Origin: Amphiscolops sp. MND2022
Lineage: Eukaryota
DNA length: 64,000 nucleotides
Reading direction: 5' to 3'
Assembly: GCA_964187785.1 (NCBI GenBank)
Contig: OZ076413.1
Span: forward strand, 41,418,001 to 41,482,000
In this document: piece after piece, positions 11,858 to 25,887 of the stretch
How the letters are laid out: every line of letters starts with the position of its first letter
Numbering within the stretch: position 1 is the stretch's first letter
The notes under the pieces: model-generated
What the model saw: only the letters and a program-made list of their open reading frames with translations
Database searches by the model: none
What the model was told of the DNA's origin: nothing
Position numbers and translations under genes: made by a program

Positions 11858-14159
11858 CACTCAACAAAACACTAAGATTTTCAGAACAGTATTAGGATGC
11901 TCTTAACTTTCTGGTGTCAAATTGTATTTGTCATGGCCAGCTACTAACTTAACCAATAATCAATACTTGACCAATAATCAATGGTCCGATAGTTGAATTA
12001 AAGTAATATTATGTTCAATACTTTCCCAAGTGCATGTATTAATTAAGGATAACTGAAAACACCATAAACTAGAGAGTCACAAGTTCTCCTCAATTTTTAA
12101 GCAATTGCAAATGGCAAGAAATAGAAAGGGCGCTCATCTAATAGTTGTAGCTTACCAGTTTTTTTACATTCGTTTCAATGTGAATTTTTAAGAAAAGAAG
12201 TACCGACAAAATGGCATTTTGAAGCCAAAAAGAAAACAAAGACGACAATTTTTGCGGCAAGTGAAGTCAATTTAGTTATTTCTTTCTACTACAAGACCAA
12301 TAATTAATTTCTCTTTTCTGTGCTTGGTTTCGGAGCTCCGAAATTCAAAAGTCTACAGGATTTTCTGCATGTAATATTAGAAATGAAGTCAGTTGAATTA
12401 TTCCCAACATTCGTGAAGGCTATATTGTAATAGTTTGCCGTATGTTTGAGTCTTTGAAAATTGTTGATTTTCTCCCACATTTTGCTCAATATAAATACTT
12501 TTGCTTTACAAAAGCATCTGTCAGTCAGCGTGTGAAATTCTCCAGCATTTTGAAGCCAATTATGGTCTGTTTCCACGTGAAATACTTGTCGTTTCATTTG
12601 AATCAATTATGAACAAGAATTCATTTCTCACAAAAAATCGACAGAGACTGTCAACTAATTTTAAATTCTCATTCTACATGCTTTTCTTGTAAATTATTCA
12701 GTCTATTTTATAGTTCAATTGGATCATTGGAGAGATACACTTTGAGCTGAAAACATTCCCCAGTTCAAAATCCACTATTTTGAGCTGTTAATAATGTATG
12801 TTGATGCCTCGAAGAGTCTTTTATGTTTGAAAACATATCTTTGTTTCCCATGAAGAAGAAGCCAAATGTGAAATAATTTATATAATTTTCTTTCTATTTT
12901 GATTTCATTATCTAAACCCACATGTGTACCCCAATGTCCAACAGTCTTAACAGCATTTTCGATACTGTTTTTAGATTCCAATTGTTCCGTCATGGTAACG
13001 TCGTGGAAAATTTTCATTATCCCATGACACGAAATTGCAGTTCTTGGAATCTTCAATTATCATTGAATTAAACATTCGAAACCCTCTAGATATCAATTTG
13101 CAACAAAAAATTAACAAAACCCCAGTTAACTTTTTAAGTTAACTTTTTAAGTGTTAACTTTCAGTTTTTAATCATCATGGCTCGTTCTCTGCGTTTCATC
13201 CATGATCAAAGTGTCTCCATGCTATTACTTCCGATTTCAAGAAAAATCATGGAAGCTTTTTCATATATTCGAATCATTGATAACCATTACAGTTTCATCC
13301 AATATCATCCATGGAATCATGGTTCTTTATCCATGATTCATTGATGATCATGGATAAAGAACCATGATTATTGAATCTCGGCATGAATGATGATTGAATC
13401 ACAATGTAACAGGAAACAAAAATGACCTATGAACACAAGTACCCAAGAATTTCTAAGGACTGTCTTTAAGCTAGGTAAAATTTTAACGCTCAAGAGCAAA
13501 GTCTTTTTCTAAAAAAAATGCTCGAGCACAATTATTGAGAAAACTCCTATCAACTTCACTGTGCCACAAGACACCCAAAGGAGGAACCTTTGAATTTCAG
13601 AGTGCTTCGGGTGATAAACCTTCAAAAGTTTCACAGCATATTCACTTTAACTCAATTTGAACTCTAGAATATTTACCGCTTCGCTACTGACGCGATCACG
13701 TTGTTTTAACACATTAACTTCTCAACTAGTAATATGTAATACCTCCGATTCTCAAACAGCACGCTGACGCTAATACTAACTTCCCAGTGCAAAATAACTT
13801 GAAAATCTTGCCAAGGTTATGTATATTCTTACATATTCCCGTTTACTCTTCAAAGCTTTGATAAAATTTTGTTAATTCTTGATTCACGCAATCTTCTTGA
13901 AGTCTTTGATAGAAATTTAGTCAAGAGTCTCATGAAGGGTGTCAAGAAAATAACTAACTTACGGAACAAACAAAAACTTTGTTTACAGTTTTTTTGCAAT
14001 TGTTCTCAGTACGTTATACTATCATTCTTTTAAGTGTTGCTAATAGAACAACACAAAGTGTTGAACTTCAGTACGTGATAGCTTGGTTGGTAGCGTGAAC
14101 GGTCTCGGTATAATAGGTACGTTGATCAAGGCGCTGTTGGTTTCTGTTTTGTTTGTTTT

Positions 14160-14708
14160 CCCTTGTTGAAACTGCAGGAACTTTTTACATGCTGCAGGCC
14201 TGCATGCAGGGTAAATTTTTATAAAACCTAGAAAATTCAGCGAACTTCGGGTGGTAAATCATGTACAATTACACTGCATTTTCCACTTCTGCAATTAAAT
14301 TTGAAAATTAATTCCACTACATTACCGACATGATCAGTTTGTATTCACACTTTGTTTTCTCAAGTACTCGTCTGATGTGATCACCGATTTTCAAATAGCG
14401 CGCTGAAGATGACGCTAATTTGCAGTTCATTACGCGACTGAAGTTATTTTGCATTAAATTAGCGGTAAAAGTGATGGCAACTTATTTGCTTTCAAAATTA
14501 TAACTGCTGCTTAATGAAACCTGCAAAACTTCAAGGCTTAAAATCGCCGCCAAACCTTTGATGAATCTATCAAACAGCTTGATAAAAGTTAAATACAACA
14601 GGAAAATATTTCCACATGAAAAAGTCCGTAAGAGTTTTAGAAAATCATAGTAAAAGTTGCTGGGAACATTAAAGTACATGCAAAAAGTTCAAGCAGTTTC
14701 AACTAGGG
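14160..14708 (+). mobile_element. 549-bp family A non-autonomous DNA transposon
   Basis: TIR CCCTTGTTGAAACTGC / GCAGTTTCAACTAGGG; TT/TT flanks; colinear with 30492-31040. Confidence 0.88.
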
Positions 14709-16142
14709 TTCATTCACGTTTGCTAGCTTTTCTTTTAAAACTCTTGGCAAGATCTTGGAGGATCGTAAAAATACTTGGCGCTCTTGATAAGAATACTGCC
14801 AAGATTCTTTTCAAGGATTTCTTGTATAATGTAAGATTTTTCTCCAAAGTTTCAAAATTTTCCTATTTGGATGCAGTTGACAACGTTACTCAATATATTT
14901 TCCTTTTTATTGGTGTTCTAAATTTGATGGCGACTCAGCTGTATGTCAAAATAGAACTGAGGCATATTGAAACCTGTAAAACTTGGGTAAAACACCAAAT
15001 AGCTGATGAATCGTCAAAACACCTCGACACAATTCGAATTGAATAGGGGGTTTTGTAATCTTGAAAGCTTTCGTCTAATTTTCAGGAAATCCTGAAAAAA
15101 TGGTAGGCAATCGTTAACAACATCTAAAAAGGAGTTCAAGCATGTTTTACAAGAGTATAGCATCGATTAATATGGCCTCTCAATTCCAATTAGACATCGG
15201 TCATCATCTAGGCTGTTAATGTGAAGGAGTTTGGCTGGAGGTCAGGCTACTCAAAATAACATTCCTAACAAAAATAAATATTTTTAGTCAGTGGTGTAGT
15301 TAGGTTTTTCTTGTAATATTCATTACCGCTATAGAGTATGTGTAAACGTTACAGTTGAAAAAAGGCATTCTGACAATTTGTGAAGTACAATTAATTTATA
15401 TTTTCGAGTAAATTCAAACAAAAATTTTCGGGTTAGTGACTGCACACCGTGACAGTGGACACGACAACTCAGTCTTTTTTCGAGCTGAACGAACTTTTGC
15501 GTGCCAGAATAAATTTTGTAACTTTCCTAATGACATTACCAATATCTTCGAGTCCAAAATCACTGTAGTGTCATGTTATGACGTGTGCTATCCGTGAATC
15601 ATATTGTGATACGTTGGATTGTTTTCACTTATTTTCAGGCATAACTTACAACAATCAGCATTTTCAACAGTACTTATTTTCATCTTTTTGATTCGTTTTT
15701 GGATTAAAAAATCAATTCTAATAGTGCCAGAGGTTGATTAACTAAGTGTGATCAGATTCCTTCCTCCTTCACACTCCGCACCTAAAAAGTTTGGTTTAAT
15801 AATTTTACGAAGATCAAGGGGGCATTTTGACATTCACCTGCTACCCAAAGGCCAATTGGCGTCAAAGTGTCCAAAAATGAAAACAAAATCTACCCTGAGG
15901 TCGGCATTTAGGACAACGACCTTTGCTCGAAAAAATGGAAGCTCAGTGCACGATGATGAAACTGGTTGGTTAAATATAGGGAAAAGTTGGTTGTCAATTA
16001 TCAATTGTCTACCGATAAATCATTGTTTAGTTTCAAAAAACTACCAAAATTTTGTTTCAATTTTGTCTGGGGCAAAGAACGACGTTAACATGTGATTGAG
16101 ACTTATATTAGATTTGGCATATTTGCTTCACTGTTTATGATA

Positions 16143-16487
16143 CCCGTATTCGAGACTTCTGGAAATTTTTACATGCCACAGGGTTAGCTTTTATAAAACT
16201 TAGAAAATTCATTAAGCTTCCGGGCGTAAATCTTGTAGGTTTGCACTGTTTACACTATTGTAATTAAAATTGTTTTTCTTTCAATCATGTTCTCTTCACA
16301 TTTTGTTCTCTCAACTCATTTGCTGAGATCACCGCTTCTCAAACAGCACACAAAAAGCAGCTGGTTAAAAATCGAATACAATGGATTTTTTCGAATGTAA
16401 GTTTCCGTGAGACTTTTTGAAAATCATAATAAAAATTGCTTGAAGTTTTAAAGTGCATGCAAAAAGTTCAATCTATTTCAACAAGGG
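16143..16487 (+). mobile_element. Internally deleted family A element
   Basis: CCC start, TTTCAACAAGGG end, TA/TA flanks, shared internal motifs (TTTATAAAACTTAGAAAATTCA; CACCGCTTCTCAAA). Confidence 0.6.
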
Positions 16488-19400
16488 TACTATTTGTAGA
16501 GCTTATGAGCAATTTTTTTGATGAAACATCTGAAACTTACTTCAGAATCCATCATCACCAAATGCCTCAATTATGAGACCTAGAAAAAGAATAATCTTTG
16601 GAGTATCAGGGAAAAATGTCTAGTTATTAACATCATAAATTTTTGTTAGACCATAAAGAAGATCGATTTCTGAAATTGCGAGACGTTTTATATGTAGCTT
16701 TTCACATGCATCAGTGGGTATTCCTTCAGAAATTTTATGAGTTTTTACTATAAATCAAAAATTAGTTTAGCTCTAAGAGTCTTATCTCTGGGGATTTTTG
16801 GCAATATATATTTTTTTCATATTTTCCAGAAAATCGCAATTTAGGTACTTCTTTCCTTGAGCTATTGCCGCTTCCCACTTGGGTGTCGATTGTGACGTAA
16901 TAGTTTCGGTATGCAACAAGGCATCCCTGTGCAGCTGGCTATTTTCTCTTGCAATAAGGTTTTCAAGAAGGAAGAACCTCACAAATTGTAAGAAAAAAGA
17001 CAAGCACCAAAATTTGAAAAGTGATGTTTTTTTTTGGTACTCTTCGACTTTTTAGAGCCGATTGTGACCAACAACTTTATGCCCGCGAAAACAAGGTTTG
17101 CACAGAAAGTTGAAAATGGAAATATTTGTTATTTTTTTAATTTTTAGACATTTTTTTTTTCGAAAAAATTATGATCCGCGGAAAACCAGAACATGAAAAT
17201 ACCAGGACCTGAGCCCAAAGTTTCAATAATTTTCCATATATGGAAACAAACCACCCATGCCATTTATACGAATCCTTATACGAATCCGCATGTATAGAGT
17301 CGTAGAGACTCAAATGGTTCCAAGAAATTCCAACATAGAAATGCTTACATTTATGAATTGCATGGAAATTTTTGACTATGCGACTTTTTGCATGCGGCTT
17401 CATATAATAAATAAACCATGCAGATTCATAAATGGAATCGTTGAATGAAATCGTATTGTGCGACCCGTGTTTATCGCATGGAAGAAAATCCATAATGCGA
17501 CCGAATAATCATGATACAAGAACCGCTCTATCCGGCAAGATCTCTCATAATTTCCCTCAAATTTTCAGGAAGCGGCTTTATTCTAGATAAATTCATTTTT
17601 TGGTCACCTAATTGAATTGCGGAAGATCCACCTTCAGATTTTGGAGCGCTTTTGAACAGAAAAAGTTCCCGGATTGTTTAAATTTGTTACGTATGGTAAT
17701 CTAATTTTCCACAGATAGAAATTAAAACAGTAGGAAAGAGCTATAATTAGATTTAATCTTTGAAGCAATGCCACCTTGAAGCTCCAAGATAACAACTATT
17801 TTCTAAATTTCTTGCGATGAACGTTCACGGAAATATAAACTCCGGAAACAATCTTTTAAGCTTCAACCAGCGAATGTAGTGGTTAGTTTTATCACGCCTG
17901 AATAAGTGAACCGAGCGTATTCATTCACGTGAAAAAATAAAAGGTCACCAAGAAGCTGCTGCATATCGAATTTATATCACTGACCGCATTTTCAAAGAGA
18001 AATTTGGTCAGAACTGACTGCGGAATCGGCCGAGTTCGAGATAAAACTTTGATAGATGTCACGAACAATCAATGTCTGCTTCAACTTGATGTATACTCGA
18101 TTTGGGCTTTCAAGCCAGAGAGTTTTCAAAGAAACCAACACGAAAAGTTCGCCTCCAGGAAAAATGATAGCTTCCAAGTCTTTTCCAAGAAATCGACTTC
18201 CACTTTTGACAGTGATAAAAAAGTTGAGGTAATAAGTCTCCGTTTTCATTTTCATATCGTTTTTTTTTCTTTGTTTGTTATTATTCGAGGGAGTGAATGC
18301 AGTCATGCAATTATTAAAAAGCAGAAACAATTAGTAACAAAAAAGCCAAAAGTTGCATAACTGGGAGGCCAATATCATAAAAAAGTGCATCTTTGAGTTG
18401 AGGACCACGACTAAATGTGAAATACTGTGATCTTCGTCTTTCACTCAGTCAGTGCTCAGTTAGAGAACTTATATCCACGCATCCACGCCCAGAATTGATG
18501 TTGATACAGAAAGGGTAAAATTCTGCCCTAGTTTTTGAAAATAACGTATTTTGCAAAATTCGGCCGAAATTCATGCCAATTTGTATTTCTTGCAAAGTTT
18601 GTACAAAAATCGCAAGTTTTGCAAGTTTGTTGCAATGCCGAACATTTCTATACATGATTCTGATACAAATTTGCATCTATTCGTATGGAATTCTTACAGA
18701 AAATGAGTTGGAAATTTTTTGTCGATGGAAATTGGAGGAATTTTTTGATCGTCCTTTTCAAAGTTGACGACCCAAATGAGAAAAATTTACATTATCATCG
18801 TTTAAATATGTTCTAAAATCTGTAGATTTTAGTCTCTTGTTTTTACGCACGTAAAATGAAGTTGCAATAGATAAATGGAAGTTTTTCCACGCCCGAGTCA
18901 ATTTTTTGCGATTCTGTTACATTTTACATGGAAAATGAAAATACATTGACTGGCAAAAATTTAGCATTAATACTGTGGAAGAAAGCACCTGACCTAATCT
19001 GAAGAAACTCGTTATCGTCCGCCCTCGGTTTCATTAAATTTGTACAAAATAATGATATTTAAACTCTGTTGCTTTTTAAAGGTCCTGCCGAGTGCAGAAA
19101 TGAGTTAAATTTGCCACAGAGGCAGTGAATTGAAGAAAATTGTGTATTGATGCGTGTTTATCATCTGCTGAAATGTTAATGAGAAAAAATCTTTCTGCTA
19201 CAGGGAGTTGAAGAAGGAAACAAAAAAGTGGTAGAATAAAAGTTAATGCGAGATGAAATAATGAAAAGAAAATATTGAATGTCAGTTTTTCTGATTTTGT
19301 TAATATTTCCTAATTTAATGTGTTTTTCGACCCAAAAATGTTTCAAAGGCTTTAATGGATCGCGCTACGTTCCATTGAATTATAGCAATAATAAATACAG

Positions 19401-19735
19401 TTTTTCAATGAGTGCGCATTGAAATTGTACCAATAATATATACAAATATTCAATGAGGTTGGCAATTTATATATACATGTATGTATAATTCAAAAAGTTG
19501 TCCTGATCAATGGTATTTTCATGAAAAATAAAACTCTGGTTTCGTTTTTATTGAAAATAGGAGATGAAAATATTTTGTCTGCATCTCAAATTTACAATAC
19601 TAGGTGACTTCTTCATAAATTGACCCAATTCGGTGAATGTGAATGGCCTGGAAAAGAGCAAACAACTGTGGGGTTAAGTGGCGCTAACTGTTGTTCACAG
19701 TTTGTTCACCCTTCGGTACAAGTATTTACACTTAC

Positions 19736-19916
19736 CAAGTCATTTCTGCCCAGAAGTGCAAATGAATGTGTTGATTGACAGCGTCTGCAGCTAATATTTG
19801 ATACAAGTTCAATCGGAAAGTGACATTCAGCGTCTTTGTTTGGTCCAGAACTGGTCGCACGTACTTTGAGGCGTTTATTTTAATCATTTCCGACAGTCTC
19901 GTGCCGTAATTGTCCT
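19736..19916 (-). CDS. Internal exon of a Cys-loop ligand-gated ion channel subunit (nicotinic acetylcholine receptor-like), N-terminal extracellular domain
   Basis: Translation DNYGTRLSEMIKINASKYVRPVLDQTKTLNVTFRLNLYQILAADAVNQHIHLHFWAEMTW matches the RPV...V...L.QI...D..NQ......W....W pattern. Acceptor TTTTGTTGTTTCAG ends at 19917; donor GTAAGT starts at 19735 (phase 1 in, phase 2 out). Confidence 0.88.
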
Positions 19917-20150
19917 CTGAAACAACAAAATTACTTTCCAAATTCAATTTCACACCCAAACCCAAATTCCACGTCTTTCATTGGGAATGTTTATACAATT
20001 ATTAAACAAAGGACGAAACAAAAATTATGCTGTGAAAGTATCACTCTGTTGTAGCGATACAGCTGACCTCTTATGAAAATTACAAACCTACCTACTAACT
20101 AATTAAATGGTATGGTCTTGATCATACATGAAAATTCACATCTTTGAATA

Positions 20151-20344
20151 TTCCATGCATTATTTCAGAGAACCCGGATGTCAAAACGCGTTTCTCACAA
20201 ACCCAAGCTGTCCTGTTATGGATTTGTATTCATCGTTCCTACATAATCAACTTCTAGACGCCATGGAAGAATTAAATGAAACATGAATTGGAGTTAATTC
20301 CGTGCTAGCATGGCATTCCACTGTAAACCACCAGGAGGAGGCAA
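20151..20344 (+). repeat. 194-bp direct repeat, left flank of the LTR element
   Basis: Identical to 29156-29349 (offset 9005). Confidence 0.95.
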
Positions 20345-21115
20345 GCTCTGGTACAGCAATATCAACCGATTTTGCAACTTTGACATGTTCAGAAATTTTG
20401 TCAAAAATTCTAATTCGATGTGTGACGTGGCACGGAGCATGTGATTGCTCTTTTCGCTGTTTCTACGAAATTGGCAGGTACTTCGACAACAATGAGCAAG
20501 AACGAGCAAAAACACGGGCGCGCCGCCATGACAGAAGCCAGAGACGGCAAGAACATCCGAAAATAGACTCTTTTGAGGTGCTAACACCGGTTTTATCGAT
20601 TTTCAGCATTATACTACCCTATGTAGCAGAAACCGGTAAAATGAGTCTTTTCGCTTAATTGTCCTTGTTTGGTGCTTGGAGCCCCTGCGCCCCAGCTTTT
20701 TAGCTGTGTGGTTTGCCATTCCGACGTGTACTTTGATGTATTTTTGCTGGATTTAGCCGTTTGAACTAGCGCCAGCGCTAGTTTGTGCAATTTTAGATCT
20801 TATTCCCCATTTTAGATATTATTCCGATATCAGGTGGAAGATGGAAATTTACACTGTTTATTCTTGGCATTGTTTTTAAAGGCTGTCCAAACGGTGGTCC
20901 CAGGCAAAGGGCCGAGACGGATGCCCGTTATTCTCAGCAGTTACAGACTGGGACCAGGCCAGAGAGCGTCCTACAAGACGGTTCCCCCACCTTGGGACTG
21001 GCTCCTTCGGAGGGAAAATGAGCTAGGGCCGCGGAGATCTAGGTCCCAGATTATATTCGCTGTTCTAGTTCCTCCACGCTACGTTGCGGTTCAAGCGCCT
21101 GCGCTTATCGTTACA
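20340..21115 (+). repeat. 5' LTR (lacks the first 6 nt, TGTAAC)
   Basis: Matches 28380-29155; ends GCTTATCGTTACA. Confidence 0.95.
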
Positions 21116-21130
21116 TAGAACCTCATTTTT

Positions 21131-21147
21131 TGGCGACCACAGAGGGA
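21131..21147 (+). promoter_or_regulatory. Putative primer-binding site, tRNA-Arg-like
   Basis: TGGCGACCACAGAGGGA begins with TGG (complement of tRNA CCA) and resembles, from memory, the complement of a tRNA-Arg 3' end; it lies 15 nt past the LTR end. Confidence 0.6.
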
Positions 21148-22227
21148 TCGTCTTGGGAGGCTTTCCCTAGCGGTTTTTAAAAGATCTGGCCCCCTGGTGT
21201 TTGACGCCAAGAACGATTGGACTCTGGAAGGAGACGTTTAACCAGAGTTTTTCCACACTTTTTAGATATTATGATGTTATATTTTGGTATTTTTCCAGTC
21301 TTCAGGGGATTTTTCCGAGTACCTTTGGTATGTTTTGATAACAGGTACTTGTTGACAGATATCGTCTAAAATTGCAAGGTTCCCATCAGCGGGTCCTCTT
21401 TTTTGAAGCGTAGTGGACAGTAGCACGTCGCTACTGGTGTTTAACAGGTTTTTTTTAGCTGTTTTCGGTGATTTGCGCTTATTTACGAGAGGTGAAATTG
21501 ATGGTTGAACCACAGTCCATCCGATCGATAGATGAGCAGAAACGAGTGTTCCCGACTCACCTCTCTCATTTCTTCTACAGAGCTCATAGAAGGATGGGAT
21601 TTGGTGGACAGGTAGAGCAAGTACTGACGTTGCCGACGGTGCAAACCGTTTTTCTCTGGCTGGTCTGGATGTTGAGAAAAAGGACGGCGAAGGTACCACC
21701 CCTCAATCCGGAAAAATCGACATTTTGGAGTGTGGTATGAAAAAATTTTTCGATTGCGTATTTTTTGATGGGGAATCGTTTGGTCAGGTTAGTTTTTTCG
21801 TGTTGCAACTCAGTGTGTGCTTTTGCAGCTGTTTTCAGTAAGAAAAGTCCGATTTTAGGTGCAAAAGTAGAAAAAACGTTGTTTTTGGCATTTTTCAGTG
21901 TTTTTCGTGGTACGAGCGCGAGCGCTCAAAGAATTAGCCACAGAAGTTGCAAAAATGGTTGTAAAGTAGCTCAAGACCTCGAGAATGCTGCTACATAACG
22001 TAACGAGTACCAGAAAGGCCGTTGGAAACCTTTTTGAGACGTGTTTTGTATGAAAAAAAACCGGTTTTTGGCGAAATTGGCAAAAAACCACTACGAAATG
22101 CCACTGGGAGAGTGCTGGATTGTAATGTAATTGCCTCTTCCGTGCTGCTATTAGTTTGGGGCACGCTCCACAGTACCAAAAAGAGGATTTAAGAGAGTTT
22201 GTAACGTTTTCTTGGTGAGAACAGGTC

Positions 22228-22595
22228 GAAAAACCTTGATTTTGGCCAGTTTCAGGAGTGCCAGAGTGCATCATTAAAACCTCTGGGGCACTCAGTGTTT
22301 TCGAGACCTGGGAGCCCGCGCGCTCTCATTTTCTGTTTTTGTAGTAAAAACAACGCATTGTGGTGAAAACCGCGTGCAAAAATTCCTTTTCAGTGCTGAG
22401 AAAAGTTGAAAAACCTTGATTTTTAGTCAGTTTCAGGAGTGTCTGAGTACACAATTAAAACCCCATGGGCACTCTGTCTTTTTGTTAGCTAGGAGCTTCC
22501 GCGCTCTAATTTTCTGTTTTTATAATAAAAATAACGCGTGGTGGTGAAAACTGCGTGTAAAAACTCCCATTCAGTGCTGAGAAAAGTGGAAAAAC
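22228..22595. repeat. Diverged ~180-bp tandem duplication inside the LTR element
   Basis: GAAAAACCTTGATTTT..CAGTTTCAGGAGTG...CGCGCTCT..TGGTGAAAAC...CAGTGCTGAGAAAAGT occurs twice in tandem. Confidence 0.85.
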
Positions 22596-25500
22596 GCACT
22601 GAATTTGATCAATTTTCCACTAAACCGGACTGTCTCTGAGCTAGGGTCGGGTCATCGATTCGTGAACCCTAGCCAAAAAGTGGTTGCATTTTCGTAATCA
22701 CCACAAAAATTAACGTTAGGGCCGAAAATTTGGTGAGCGTATCGGTCACCAAAGTCGAGAAAAGCTCTCTGACGTTTCGACTTCAGAGAAGCGTAAGAGG
22801 ACCGAAAAAATCCAAAACTGCAGGACTGTCAGTGCCTTATACCTAACAGGCACAACCAATTGAGGGTTTATCCCAGTGCTACGGATAGTGGGGCAACACG
22901 TTGGTCCCATTTTGCTCGCCGTATCATTTCCTGAGGTGATCCTCTTGGTCAAATTGTGAAAAAAGTAGTCAAAAACAGTGTTTTTTCGTGTACAACGTAC
23001 ATAGTGGGTCGGAACCTCAAATAAGCGCTCGCGCTTCAATTCGACCATATCAGTGGCATTGTAGGTGGCCACTGGCATAGACTACCAAGTTTGGTGCCGA
23101 TCTGTGAGATACTTGTCGAGAAAATAGAAAAAACGCGGCGCCCAAAAAAGTGCGCAAAAAGGCAGTTTTTTCTTAATTTTTCCAAGTAACCCGGGCACCT
23201 TGGCCGACGGGTGGGGCTATATTGCAGCCCACCATTGTAACTTGTGTTAGTTTGTACGTCGTTGCAGAGAATTTGAGCTTGCTAGCTCTTTCCAGTGGAC
23301 CGCAATCTTGAAAAGACGTGAAAAACAGTGCATATCAGTACATAGTGGTACCGCACGTCTGTACCCAGGTGAAACTGTGTAAAAGGGGCGCAGCTCAAAA
23401 CTGTGTTCACTTTCGTAAATTTACGTGTACCTAAGATCTGCCGGTCATTTTTGAGCTGAATACGGCGCTTCCAGCGCACACACGAGCCATTTGAGTGGTA
23501 TTGTGCGATTTTTGGAAAATCCAAAAATTCTTTGAAATTCCTCCTGTGAGTGACCGGAGACTTTTTGCCCTAAACCAGGTTGATTTTCTGGCCCAGTGTG
23601 CTTGTGGGAAAACGCTGTGCAAATTTTAACAGCCTACGAGCCTTAGAACGTGTTTTGAGAAGTCTTGGACGTTGAAAAAACATCAATTTTCTTAAGTCCT
23701 CACCGAGACGACCAGAGGTCCAAATCCTTCAGAAGACCCCCTGCAAGCCTACCACCGTCTATTTTACTACTCTAACAGTGTGGTTGGTGCCTACTGACAG
23801 CGTCTATCAAGTTTGGTGTCAATTGGTACTATATCTGTTGAGAAATTGACTAAAACAAACTGCACAAGAAGGTGCGCAAGAAGGCGAATTCTACGAAGTC
23901 TTGCGGGATTGCCTGAACACCTTATTCAAAGAGTGGGGCCAAATTGCTGCCCACTATCGTAACCAGTGCAAGTTTATCGTTTTGTTGCAGAAAAAACGAG
24001 CGTGAGCGCTTTTTGCAGTTCGCCAGAATCTGGGTTGGCACGTGAAAAACAGTACATCTTGGAACACAGTGATACCGAAAGTCTCTACTGTGTTGAAACT
24101 TCAACTAGTCATCTCAGCACAAATCAGCTATTATTACCGAGTACCTCAACTTACGTGGGCTTGTGTGGTTGATTTTTAAGCCGATCCTGCGTTTCTAGCG
24201 TTAGCGCTAGCCACTTGAGTTTTTCTCAAGTGAATCTGAAAAACCCAAAAAATATCTGAAAAACCTCTGACCTGTGACTGGATCCTAATACCCCGATTCT
24301 GGACTCACTTTTTGGGTCAGTGCATCAATCTGGAAGTGCTGTATACTTTTCAGCACGCTACAACCCCTGGAACTAATTTCGACTCTTCTTGGACGTGCAT
24401 ATTCATTGTTTCAGTCCAAGGGTCCACCAAGACGAAAACTGGGAAAGTGGGAAAAAAGTCATTTCTACGTGTTGGAAACCTGTGGAAACCCCTAGTATGA
24501 CCTCCCAGTAGTTCGTTCATTGCTGTGCGTGTACTATTTGATCAGTATCGAGTGGGCTGCCTTGCTGGATCTTAGCATTTTGTTACTTGAAGTTGTGATA
24601 TCCTGTGTATTGTAACGAATTGGATCATTTTTTGGAACTGTCGGCGTACCTTATTGAAAAGTTGGGACTACATTGCCCTGGAATATTCCTATTAGTGTCA
24701 GTTGGTGCACCGTTGCTGAAAAAAGTGAGCTTAAGAGCTCAGCACTGTGGACTAGAGTCTTTGATTGCATGTGAAAAATCGTGTCAATCGAGACACGGCG
24801 TTACGGAACGTCCGTACCAGATCTAAATCTTGCCCAGTGGTCTGAATTCTCATTGATTGTGTCTGTAGTGTAGCTGGCTGTACGTGTGATCGCGTGACCA
24901 ATTTTGAGCCTGATACCACGTTTCCAGCACTTGTACAAGCCATTCGAGTAATTTTTGAAAAAAAAGTCGAAAAATCCAAAAATCGTTGAAAAAGGCTCTA
25001 GCTTGGAGCTGGAGGCAATAGTCAGCTACGGAAGGATATTTTTTGAATTTGTGTGGCTGACGAAACGTGCTGTGTCATTTTTTACCCAGTACGATTGATA
25101 AAACTGAGTTTGACTCTGTTCAGACACACGTTTTGAACAAAAATCCCAAGAATCCATCAAAAAACTGTCATTGTAAATCCTCAATACTTCCGCTGTACAG
25201 GAGGCAGACCCAAAAAGCCTTCATTTTCCAACGGAACGGATCCAGTAGACCTTCCTGGGTGCAAACGAGGCAAATCCCACGGTTCAAAAAAATTGCCGGC
25301 AGGGGTCATAAATTTTAGACTCCTCTGGAACTTTGAAATTTGATCCTGAACAGTTCAAGGCAGCAGTTTTAAGTGCCTGCGACGCACTCTGGACTACATT
25401 TTTACATTTTTCCTACGAAAATCTCTAGGAGTTATCTTGAGCAGGGTTTTCGACATTCAAAAGAGACCCTGTGAGTTCCGACTTAGCCAAAATCACGAGA

Positions 25501-25887
25501 TTTTGAGAGGAGCAACTTCCTAGTGACGATAATTTGACCGGATTGCCCAAGTGTGTCACCTTTTTGAACGCTCTGGTGCCTCATTTTGGTGTTATTCCGC
25601 TGTATCGAGTAGCATCAAAGCCGAATATCACGCCAAATTTGCAGAGAACTCTTTTGGGTAATGACAACACATCCAAATCCATTGAGGTTGAGAGGTCGAC
25701 AAACCGCTCGACTGTCTGTTTGGTGCGCACTATCCAACTTGGCTGCAGCAATTTGCTCTAGAGCAAAATTTTCTGGCCCACAGAGCAGCGTGCAAAGTGT
25801 TGAGCAATTCTCAGCACGCTGTGATTGCTGGAAATTCTCTTGACTTTGACCCTGACACTGAACTTGGGTACACAGGTTGTTCTAGTG

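Noticed and set aside
20294..21118. ORFs of 94-118 aa repeated at 28319-29251
   Set aside because: They recur only because they lie in the two LTRs; no protein motifs.
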